A model generated the notes under the pieces. The model saw only the letters and a list, made by a program, of their open reading frames with translations. It searched no databases and was not told where the DNA came from. A stretch of DNA of 64,000 bases from Marinicella sp. (lineage in GTDB: Bacteria > Pseudomonadota > Gammaproteobacteria > Xanthomonadales > Marinicellaceae), in the NCBI GenBank assembly GCA_965230295.1, contig OZ246001.1, forward strand, positions 3,136,001 through 3,200,000. The letters are read 5' to 3'. This document shows positions 8,917-17,228 of the stretch, piece by piece. The number at the start of each line of letters is the position of its first letter. Positions within the stretch are counted from its first letter, which is position 1. A program made the position numbers and the translations under genes.

Positions 8917-11900
8917 ATGGCAGCAATTATTCACAATTATCAATCAGGATCATCCGCTGTGTCATTAAAACGAAAAACCAACCCCAGTTCAATCAGTCAT
9001 ACCCCCAGCCGTTTGGCGCTTAACATAGCCATCACCACGGCATTAATCACGGGGTATGGTGGTAGAAATGCCTACGCAGGAACTTGTAGCGGTGTGGCCG
9101 GAACATACACCTGTTCTGGTCCCGCATCACCAGCTGATATCACCCAACAGTTGAATGGGTCTAACCTGACGGTTAATACATCCCCCGGGTTTGGTATTGA
9201 TACCACATTGACTGGAGATGAAGCCTTTAGGTTGTATGCACCCGCTGGGGCTGGCAATGTTATATTTACTGACACCAACAGTTCAATCATTACAGGTAAT
9301 GGTGCGGCCATTGATGTAGGCAATTACAATGATGGCTATATCAGTATCTTTGCCAATGGTACCTTAACCAGCAACACCAGAGATGGGATTTCAATTTACC
9401 AATCCAACAGTGCAACCAATGTTCAAGTGAGCGCAGAAGGTGCCATCAATGCCGATGACAGCGGTATCAGCATCAATAACTATGGCAGTGGTTACGCTGA
9501 TGTCTATTCCAGCGGCCCCATCACAGCGACCAACAACCAAGGTATTCGGGTCCGCAATGACCTTGCAGCCAGCAACATCACCATCAGTTCACAAAATGAT
9601 GTTTCAGGTAATGGGGGTATCTATGCCGGCAACTATGGATCTGGCACCACCACCATCACCGCCACAGGCATTGTGGATGGTGGCGGTGATGAAGGCATCA
9701 GTGTCAACAACTACAACACGGCCAGTTCAGTAACGATCACAGCCAATACAGTCACAGCCAATGATGAAGGCATCAGAGCAACCAATTATGGATATGGTGG
9801 CGTTCAAGTGACTGCCAATGGTGATGTCAGCAGTACCATTCGCAATGCCATAGACATCTACAACAACGGATCAGGACCCATCAACATCACCACCAGAGGT
9901 CTGGTCACAGCAAACAACGGGGTTGGCATCAACGCCTATGCGAGTACGGGCTCTACCGGTGTCACCATCAATGCAGAGGCCAACATCAATGCAGAAGATC
10001 CGGCCATCAACGCGATTAATTTTGGTTTATTCAACACCGACATCAACATCACCAATGCATCACTCGTGAGTACCAACAGCGATGCAGTGGAAGTCCGGGC
10101 CTATGCCGATTCCAATACCCTGAGCATCGATGCCATCAACAGCACCATCAGTGGTCAAACCAACGGCATTTATGCCCGTAACTATGGTTCAGGCCCAACC
10201 ACTGTTTACACCACCGGCAGCGTCACTGGCACAGCTGGCGAGGGGATTAGGGCCATCAGTGAAAACACCAGTTCAGGCTTAAGTGTGACCACACAAAGCA
10301 CAGTTTCAGGTAACCAGAATGGTATCAATGCGCAGAACTATGGCACAGGCAATACTGATTTGACCCTGTCAGGTCCTGTGGTGTCCACAGGCATGTTCTC
10401 CTCGGCCATCAATGTTTACAATGAACTGTCCACCGGAAATGCAACTGTTATTACCCAGTCAACGGTGACCTCACAAAACAATGGCATCAATGTTTACAGC
10501 TATGGCAGCGGTGTCACTTCGGTTGATGCCAGCGGCTACATCACAGCCACCGCTGGCGCGGGGATTATAGCTACAAATGGATCAAGTTCGACGGGTCTTG
10601 CTGTCACAGCCAATGGCGGTATCAACAGTTTTGATGAAGGCATCCGGGCACGTAACTATGCCAACACCAACTCCACAGTCACCGTCAGCAATGGCTCAGT
10701 AATCAGTAATGACAACACTGCCATTGAAATGAGTAATTACAACTACGTCAGTGACTTAACCTTGAATGCATATGGCACAGGTGCCATCAGTGGTCGTGTC
10801 AATGGCATTTACACCAGAAACTACAACGGTGGGTCAATCAGCATCACTGCCAACGGACCCGTATCAGCCACCAGTTTTGTCGGAATCAGTGCGATCAATG
10901 ATTATTTAGGGTTGAACATGTCAATCAATACCTTATCAGCTGTCAATGCTCGGTTTCAGGGCATCAGAGCCCAGCACTATGGTACAGGCACGCTGAGTGT
11001 TTTTGCCCAAGGTGATGTCTCATCGACCAACAGTGATGCCGTGTTTGCTTACAATGGTGGTTCGAATACCAGCACAGTCACCACCCAGGGAACCGTCACT
11101 TCTGACACCGATCGTGGTGTTTATGCATACAGTTCAGGTAATTCAGGTTTGTTAGACATGCAAATTCAAGGTGATGTCAATGCCGCAAGAGAAGGCGTTT
11201 TTGCCCGCCATTCAGGTGTCAGTAATTCACAGATCACGATCAGTTCGGCCACCATCACCAGTACAAATTCACATGGAATTTATGCCTATCAAGACAGCAA
11301 CGCAGGTCAATTAACTATCACCAGCAATGGCAGCATCACAGGCCAAGACAATGGCATCATGGCCACATCAATTGCCCCCAATAACATCACCATCAATGCA
11401 AGTGGATTGGTGCAAGGTCAAACTCAATATGGAATCTACAGCACCACCAATACGGGTGTATTGTCGATCATCAACTTGAATTCTGGTGCCAATGTGCTGG
11501 GTGGTATTTACAACAATGATGGCAACTCAATCTCTGTAGTCACTACTGGTGCTTCAATCAGTGGGCCAATCAACCTCGGTGATGGAAACGACATCATCAC
11601 ATTCTCAGGTGGTGACTTTTCAACAGTCAGTGTTTTCGATGGTGGTGATGATGCGTTGAGTGGTGATGGTTCTACAGATTCTCTGTCTTTTCAGGGTTCT
11701 TCAGGCCTGCTATCTGGAGGAGCATTAATTAATTGGGAAAACATCAACATCAGCTTAACTTCTAACATCCAATTTGATGGTGTTGATTCTTTCATGACAG
11801 AAGAGTTTGATTTACTCAATACCGGCGTCTTGACGTTACAAGACGGTGTCACTGATGATAACTTAACCATCAATGCTAATTTCAATGGCGGTGGTAGCCT

Positions 11901-12846
11901 CAATTTGGATACAACATTAGGTGATGAGAACTCAACCAGCGATGTATTAATCGTCAATGGTGACACCTCTGGAACCACCACTGTGAACATCAATAACGTG
12001 GGTGGGGCAGGGGCCATCACCGCGGCCCCAGGTATTTTGGTGGTCGATGTGAATGGTGCTTCCAATGGACTGTTCGAACTGGCTGCACCTATCAATGTCA
12101 ATGGTTATGAATATGATTTGGTTGCTGTCGGCGGTGATTATTACCTGCAAGGTGATGCCACTGATGCCGATTTATCGGTCAACAAGGAGCTGTTGTCCTC
12201 AGGGCCATTTTTTGTGGGTGACACCGTAACTTATGAAATCACAGTCACCAATGACGGTCCTTTGGATGCCACCAATGTGGTGGTCAGTGATGTTTTTACC
12301 AACCTCACATTGGCATCAGTCACAGGTGGTAGTTGTGCGCCAGCCAGTTTCCCGTGCACCATAGCCAATTTGGCTGATGGGGCATCTGAAACTTTAACCG
12401 TTACAGCAACCATTGATGCTGCAGGTGCCTTTGATAATTCGGCATCAGTCTCATCCGATCAACCAGATGCCAATAGCGCCAATAACACCGACAACACCGG
12501 CAATGGTGGAACCGCCATAGGTCGGTACTTCATTGGTGGTTCTGTCAGTGGCTTGTTGTCAGGCAATTACATGTTGTTGCAAAACAATGATGGTGATGAT
12601 GCCATCATCATGAACAATGGCGCATTTGTTTTCAATACGCCATTGGACGATGGTTCTAACTACAACGTGACCATTGAGATGCAACCGGATGATCCCATTC
12701 AGCCGTGCATGGTTGCCAATGGCAGTGGAACCTTGGCTGGAGTAGATGTCACTGATGTCAGCATCAGTTGTGAACCAGGTAATGATTTAATCTTCCGTGA
12801 TGGATTTTCTGCGCCACCGCCGCCCAGATTCATCGAAGAAAATTAA
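8917..12846 (+). CDS. large autotransporter-passenger-like adhesin with DUF11/Ig modules and a DLIFRDGF tail; no beta-barrel
   Basis: ~26-aa beta-helix-like repeats (GI.A.NYG.G..I.A.G.V); pertactin-like LGDENSTSDVLIVNGDTSG...YEYDL...YYL; DUF11-like ADLSVNK..VTYEITVTNDGP. Confidence 0.8.
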   Translation: MAAIIHNYQSGSSAVSLKRKTNPSSISHTPSRLALNIAITTALITGYGGRNAYAGTCSGVAGTYTCSGPASPADITQQLNGSNLTVNTSPGFGIDTTLTGDEAFRLYAPAGAGNVIFTDTNSSIITGNGAAIDVGNYNDGYISIFANGTLTSNTRDGISIYQSNSATNVQVSAEGAINADDSGISINNYGSGYADVYSSGPITATNNQGIRVRNDLAASNITISSQNDVSGNGGIYAGNYGSGTTTITATGIVDGGGDEGISVNNYNTASSVTITANTVTANDEGIRATNYGYGGVQVTANGDVSSTIRNAIDIYNNGSGPINITTRGLVTANNGVGINAYASTGSTGVTINAEANINAEDPAINAINFGLFNTDINITNASLVSTNSDAVEVRAYADSNTLSIDAINSTISGQTNGIYARNYGSGPTTVYTTGSVTGTAGEGIRAISENTSSGLSVTTQSTVSGNQNGINAQNYGTGNTDLTLSGPVVSTGMFSSAINVYNELSTGNATVITQSTVTSQNNGINVYSYGSGVTSVDASGYITATAGAGIIATNGSSSTGLAVTANGGINSFDEGIRARNYANTNSTVTVSNGSVISNDNTAIEMSNYNYVSDLTLNAYGTGAISGRVNGIYTRNYNGGSISITANGPVSATSFVGISAINDYLGLNMSINTLSAVNARFQGIRAQHYGTGTLSVFAQGDVSSTNSDAVFAYNGGSNTSTVTTQGTVTSDTDRGVYAYSSGNSGLLDMQIQGDVNAAREGVFARHSGVSNSQITISSATITSTNSHGIYAYQDSNAGQLTITSNGSITGQDNGIMATSIAPNNITINASGLVQGQTQYGIYSTTNTGVLSIINLNSGANVLGGIYNNDGNSISVVTTGASISGPINLGDGNDIITFSGGDFSTVSVFDGGDDALSGDGSTDSLSFQGSSGLLSGGALINWENINISLTSNIQFDGVDSFMTEEFDLLNTGVLTLQDGVTDDNLTINANFNGGGSLNLDTTLGDENSTSDVLIVNGDTSGTTTVNINNVGGAGAITAAPGILVVDVNGASNGLFELAAPINVNGYEYDLVAVGGDYYLQGDATDADLSVNKELLSSGPFFVGDTVTYEITVTNDGPLDATNVVVSDVFTNLTLASVTGGSCAPASFPCTIANLADGASETLTVTATIDAAGAFDNSASVSSDQPDANSANNTDNTGNGGTAIGRYFIGGSVSGLLSGNYMLLQNNDGDDAIIMNNGAFVFNTPLDDGSNYNVTIEMQPDDPIQPCMVANGSGTLAGVDVTDVSISCEPGNDLIFRDGFSAPPPPRFIEEN

Positions 12847-12882
12847 AAAAACCGAAGAAAATTTAAATAGTTGATTCTGTTT

Positions 12883-12922
12883 AAAAAATAAGCTGCTTAA
12901 ATGTCCATATATTAAGCAGCTT
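12883..12922 (-). terminator. intrinsic terminator with AUGGA in its loop
   Basis: AAGCUGCUUAA-UAUAUGGACAU-UUAAGCAGCUU followed by AUUUUUU. Confidence 0.75.
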
Positions 12923-13188
12923 GCAATTCATGATCACAACACACACTGGCATCCTAGCTCGTGACCAGTCCTTAATAAAGCCAATCCATTTTTGGCTTTT
13001 GGCATCCATGCTGATAATCGTTTCTCACTCAATTCCTAAAAGTGTGGCGGCATCCATTCCGCAGATTATCTTTTCCCTTCTAAAAAACATCCTGTTATTA
13101 ACTGCAGCACACTCATATCCATTTGAGTGATGCGACTTCCATGTCATCGCTACACACCTGAATCCATTCAGGTGTCCCGAAGCGGTGT
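12883..13188 (-). ncRNA. candidate CsrA/RsmA-sequestering RNA (CsrB/RsmY-like)
   Basis: 14 GGA motifs in ~300 nt on the minus strand, most as A(U/A/G)GGA or NAGGA in hairpin loops; ends in a terminator hairpin plus U-tract. Confidence 0.7.
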
Positions 13189-13980
13189 TTATGTACCTTG
13201 TGAATTTACATAAAAATTCAAACTGAATGGTTCATAAGTACCTTCCTCAACGCTTGACTCATATTGGTCAACTTTTTCAATGATCCTCACTCTTAAACTG
13301 TCCCGGATTTGTTTTAACTCATCAGACAACTTTTTTTTATTGTCCTGGTTTATTTGGGTTGACTCAACACTCCACTCAAGCACACTGTTGTCTGGGTCTT
13401 CGATGTTTTTTCTGAGGGTATTAACCACTTTAAAAAATTGGTTGGTCGCATAGTCATATTTTCTTGAGTCAGATTGTTTGTTTAACAACTCTGTTTTTAT
13501 GATTTTGACTTCATTCTTACCGATCAGTTCGATACACCCCAACTCAATCAACTCTTTAACTATCGTTGGTGCAGTCAGTCGCCCTTTGCATTTGTTGCAA
13601 AAGTTGTATAAAGAGTCTCCAGGACCTTTCTTGGGGAGCAGGTTGGTGTGGTTGTCTTTCTGATAATGGAAAAGCTCACCCAGTGTCAAAATGATTGGGT
13701 CTGAAGTTTTTCTGGGTTTTTGGTCCTCGGTTTCTTGGGTAGATTGAACCATTGAAATTTGCCTTCGATCTATCCCTGTCTTCAATGAAATGGCTGAAAC
13801 ATTTGAACTGTTGTTGTTCAGTTTACTGGCAGCATCAATGAACGCGACCTTCAGAAGCTCAGCAGTTTCATTGTATTTGATGTTATTGAGCAACAAAAAA
13901 TGGGCCAATTCATTGAACATGGGCTTCAATTTATTGACTTGTTTTGATTTTAATTGTGGTTGTGAAATTGCGGCTTCCAT
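13189..13980 (-). CDS. DUF6502-like HTH protein (copy 1)
   Basis: ELLKVAFIDAA...SAISLKTGIDRRQI HTH; LPKKGPGDSL; IVKELIELG; paralogous to 33809-34567. Confidence 0.7.
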   Translation of the reverse strand: MEAAISQPQLKSKQVNKLKPMFNELAHFLLLNNIKYNETAELLKVAFIDAASKLNNNSSNVSAISLKTGIDRRQISMVQSTQETEDQKPRKTSDPIILTLGELFHYQKDNHTNLLPKKGPGDSLYNFCNKCKGRLTAPTIVKELIELGCIELIGKNEVKIIKTELLNKQSDSRKYDYATNQFFKVVNTLRKNIEDPDNSVLEWSVESTQINQDNKKKLSDELKQIRDSLRVRIIEKVDQYESSVEEGTYEPFSLNFYVNSQGT

Positions 13981-13984
13981 TAAT

Positions 13985-14006
13985 TTGTGTCCCTAATTGG
14001 ACACAA
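13985..14006. promoter_or_regulatory. palindrome TTGTGTCC-N6-GGACACAA, candidate operator
   Basis: Perfect 8-bp arms just upstream of the DUF6502 ATG at 13980. Confidence 0.5.
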
Positions 14007-14266
14007 TAATAGCATGAGACTCAAAAAAAAGCAAACTAAATTAAGTTTTTCCCTGGGTAATTACAATAGGGCCATATAAAACAATAAGATATAAAGCCTT
14101 TAAAATGCCGCTATTGCTTAGCAATTATTGTACTTTTGCCAAACAGATCAAGGAAAGTGACTGGTTAAGTCAGTAGACTTAGGAGCTGACAGATCAATGT
14201 CTGATGTGATTTGGGCCATTCTTGTTGGTCCAACTCATACCAGCTAGAATAGTATTGGAGGCAATC

Positions 14267-15190
14267 ATGCTTTTGTTATCGAATTTATTGTCCTATTTAA
14301 CAGACCCTATTTTCTTGTTTGGCTTGTTGTTGGCGTTTTGTTTATTTTTGATCAAGTACCTGCTAAAAACCAAAAGAATCAAAGAGCTGCCTGTCGGACT
14401 GTCACAGAAGGTACCCCCTGTGGTTTGGAAGCATGGTTACCTTTTAGGTCTTTTGGTGATGGTGTCAGGCATCATGTTAAAACACAAAGAACTGCAACAG
14501 GCAGAGCAACAGAATGCCATGTCACAATTGATTGTGGAGTACAGCCAAAATATTTCAACCATCAGACAACTGTCAGAAAATACCAAGATTCAGTTGGAGA
14601 CACGTGCTGTTGTGACCAACTCATTGCGCACAAATGGATCGAGAATTTTGGACATCATGTTCCCTAAAGAAATCAAACCTGAAAACACAGACCTTAATAT
14701 TACCAAGGTTGTAGACGATTCATTTGAACAATTGAAAAAAGCCCGGTTATTTAACAGTAAACCTGATATGGATGCCTTTAATTCGATCAAAGGGAAAATC
14801 AGTCCTAAAGTGAATATGCATTTGGCAGAATTGAAATCTATGCAGGATATCAACGGTGATCAGTACATCATCAAGACCAGTATTTATCAAGGACATAAAG
14901 AAATCTTAGCCAGCATTGAATCGTTCGATGCACAAGCTTATGAAGATTTGATTTTAGAGATGGAGGAACTCCGAAGCCAATATGATTTGGTGTTAAACCA
15001 TGCTGAAGATTTCATCTCGGAAACCAAAAACTTCATGGACCGCAATACATTCATTGGGAATGGAGATGTCTATGAAATCCTCACCAAGGAGCGCTTGGCT
15101 TATAAATCATTAACTGAGTTTGATGCAGCCATCATTGGAAAAGCCAATGACTTGGTGCGGATGAAACAAAACATTCAAAGCTTTTTGTAA
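14267..15190 (+). CDS. hypothetical membrane protein (2 N-terminal TM segments, helical C-terminus)
   Basis: GGAGG RBS before ATG 14267; two hydrophobic segments. Confidence 0.75.
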   Translation: MLLLSNLLSYLTDPIFLFGLLLAFCLFLIKYLLKTKRIKELPVGLSQKVPPVVWKHGYLLGLLVMVSGIMLKHKELQQAEQQNAMSQLIVEYSQNISTIRQLSENTKIQLETRAVVTNSLRTNGSRILDIMFPKEIKPENTDLNITKVVDDSFEQLKKARLFNSKPDMDAFNSIKGKISPKVNMHLAELKSMQDINGDQYIIKTSIYQGHKEILASIESFDAQAYEDLILEMEELRSQYDLVLNHAEDFISETKNFMDRNTFIGNGDVYEILTKERLAYKSLTEFDAAIIGKANDLVRMKQNIQSFL

Positions 15191-15203
15191 ACATTTCCTC
15201 AGA

Positions 15204-16265
15204 TTATCTTTTTTTGACTTGGGTGACGAGTCCCAATGCATTCAGTGCGGTATAGACGGTTAACGGGTAGCGTTGTGGGATGTTCAGCAATTTACCTGTG
15301 TGTTGTAACGAATAAACCCCTCTGGACCACAATGAAATGATGCGGATGGCATGTTTGAATACCACCAATTTGGTTAAATCAGGCCATGCAGTTAATTTGA
15401 CTGGTGTGCTGAAATTGCTGTCATCGGGGATTTTACCTTTGCTGGCATTGATGCTGCTGAGCCAGACAAAAGGTTCGTAATCAAACTGGTGCAATTTTTG
15501 CAATTCGCCTCTTTTTAATTTAGGCAAAAACACTTTACTGTCTTTATAAAAAGGAATTTTATGTATGTTGATGATTTCTTCAGCAGTCTTTTTATGGTAG
15601 ATGAGTTTTGTTGTGGCATCCACATAAAACACGCCATAAACCGTTTTGATGCAGGCGGTTTTCTTCTTCAGTTTAGATAAATCGTAAGCATCTTTGAGGT
15701 ATTTAAAAAAGTAATTGTTTACATTGAATTGGACTTTCTTAACTTGGCTTGAATCACTGAAATCCACATCAGGGTTTATTCCAACATACTTCTGTGCGTA
15801 ATACCTGTCACTGCCATATTGGATTTGAGCGGGGTTGATCGCATTTGATAAATGCCTGTTGTATATTTGTTTTTCAGGTTTCTTCTGATTTTTTATTCGC
15901 AACCTTTCAGCCAAGACAGCGTAAAAGACATCCTTAACCAGGTATAGGTATTTGCTGAGCTCTCGATTCTTGTAAGGTTTTGTGATGACCCTTAAGTAGG
16001 GCTCATCTTGCAGATCCTGGGCATCGGTTAACAGAATCATCGGAATTGATGCTTCTTTTAACTGTTCTTTGAGGGTTTTGATTTCTGCCATGTCTTCATC
16101 TGACTCCTGGTTGTACAAGCAGACATCAGCCTCTTGTGGTTCTTCCATGAGTTCAATGGCGTATTTGGGGTCTTTCAAACGAGAAAAGATTAATTTTTTT
16201 GAAATGTTGTCAAAACCATAAAAACAGGCAGTTACATATTGGGTATCAAGGTTGTTCTTAATCAT
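15204..16265 (-). CDS. degenerate receiver-like protein with C-terminal WPDLTKL domain, typical of MglA-type GTPase operons
   Basis: N-terminal REC-like pattern (ADVCLYN, IPMILLT, ITKPY); C-terminal VKLTAWPDLTKL...ALNALGLV. Confidence 0.6.
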   Translation of the reverse strand: MIKNNLDTQYVTACFYGFDNISKKLIFSRLKDPKYAIELMEEPQEADVCLYNQESDEDMAEIKTLKEQLKEASIPMILLTDAQDLQDEPYLRVITKPYKNRELSKYLYLVKDVFYAVLAERLRIKNQKKPEKQIYNRHLSNAINPAQIQYGSDRYYAQKYVGINPDVDFSDSSQVKKVQFNVNNYFFKYLKDAYDLSKLKKKTACIKTVYGVFYVDATTKLIYHKKTAEEIINIHKIPFYKDSKVFLPKLKRGELQKLHQFDYEPFVWLSSINASKGKIPDDSNFSTPVKLTAWPDLTKLVVFKHAIRIISLWSRGVYSLQHTGKLLNIPQRYPLTVYTALNALGLVTQVKKR

Positions 16266-16309
16266 TTTAATTGTCTTTTTTTGGGCAGTTCAATACCGCA
16301 CTAAATTGT

Positions 16310-16921
16310 TTATACCCCAAATGAAACGGCTTTGTTTGAATTTTCGCGGATACCTGGATTGGCAAAACACAGCAACGATTCAACCAAGAGATTGACGTCT
16401 TCCTGGTTGGTTGTGTTGATGCTGAAAATAGGTGCAACAGCATCAATGTCAAGCAACATTTGTCGGGCCAATTCCTCAGTTTGTTTGATTCGTAAATAAT
16501 CAGTGCCTGTAACGCCGATAACCAATGAGTACCGTTTTAAAAACTTTTGGTGATTGGCAAGGGCGTTGTTAAGGTGTTGAATGGTTTCAGCATAATCGGC
16601 ATCTAATATCACCATCATACCCGTCATGGATGCAGTCTGTAAGGTGGAGACGAAATCGAACAAGTGTTGATCGTTACCCCCAAAGAAATCAATGCGATGA
16701 TCTTCATCCACTTGTAAGCTGCCAAAATTCATTTTGACCGCCACCGTTGTTTCTTGATCTTCAGGTTGGTATTTGTGGGTGATGGGTTTGTCTGGTCCAT
16801 AGCCAATTGAATTGATCAATGATCTGACTGCTGCATGCTCGCCACTGATGACGATGTTATAAGATTTCATATTCACTGCTACGCTTACTCCACGTAACAT
16901 TGTAAATAATAATGCAGACAA
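16310..16921 (-). CDS. MglA/GPN-like small GTPase homologue with degenerate G motifs
   Basis: ETTVAVKMNFGSLQVDEDHRIDFFG..Q.LFDF follows the family pattern but the P-loop reads SGEHAAVRS; the true start may be ATG 16870. Confidence 0.65.
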   Translation of the reverse strand: MSALLFTMLRGVSVAVNMKSYNIVISGEHAAVRSLINSIGYGPDKPITHKYQPEDQETTVAVKMNFGSLQVDEDHRIDFFGGNDQHLFDFVSTLQTASMTGMMVILDADYAETIQHLNNALANHQKFLKRYSLVIGVTGTDYLRIKQTEELARQMLLDIDAVAPIFSINTTNQEDVNLLVESLLCFANPGIRENSNKAVSFGV

Positions 16922-17152
16922 TGTGAGTGATTAATTCAGATAAATTCTTAAGTTGTGAATTCAATCAAAATTTGAGTGACATTTGTTTATATTTTCCGGC
17001 AGCCACTGAACATTCAAATACTGTCATAACGCGTTGAATGGAATCAAAGAACAACATCACACTTGGGTTTATGACTTTAACAGTATTTTGCAATCAAGCA
17101 GATTGAGGACCTATTGTATTTTCATTGCTGAAAATGATGTATGTAGAAGATG

Positions 17153-17187
17153 AATTAAGAAGCTGGTCTGGAACCAGCTTCTTAATT
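17153..17187. terminator. 15-bp hairpin downstream of the 17229-21149 gene
   Basis: aattaagaagctggt-ctgga-accagcttcttaatt. Confidence 0.55.
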
Positions 17188-17228
17188 TTCATCCCTGAAT
17201 CAGCCACCTCTGGCGGTCATACCATCGT

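Noticed and set aside
12921-13130. 69-aa + strand ORF
   Set aside because: TTG start with no RBS; antisense to the GGA hairpin array, which explains the sequence better.
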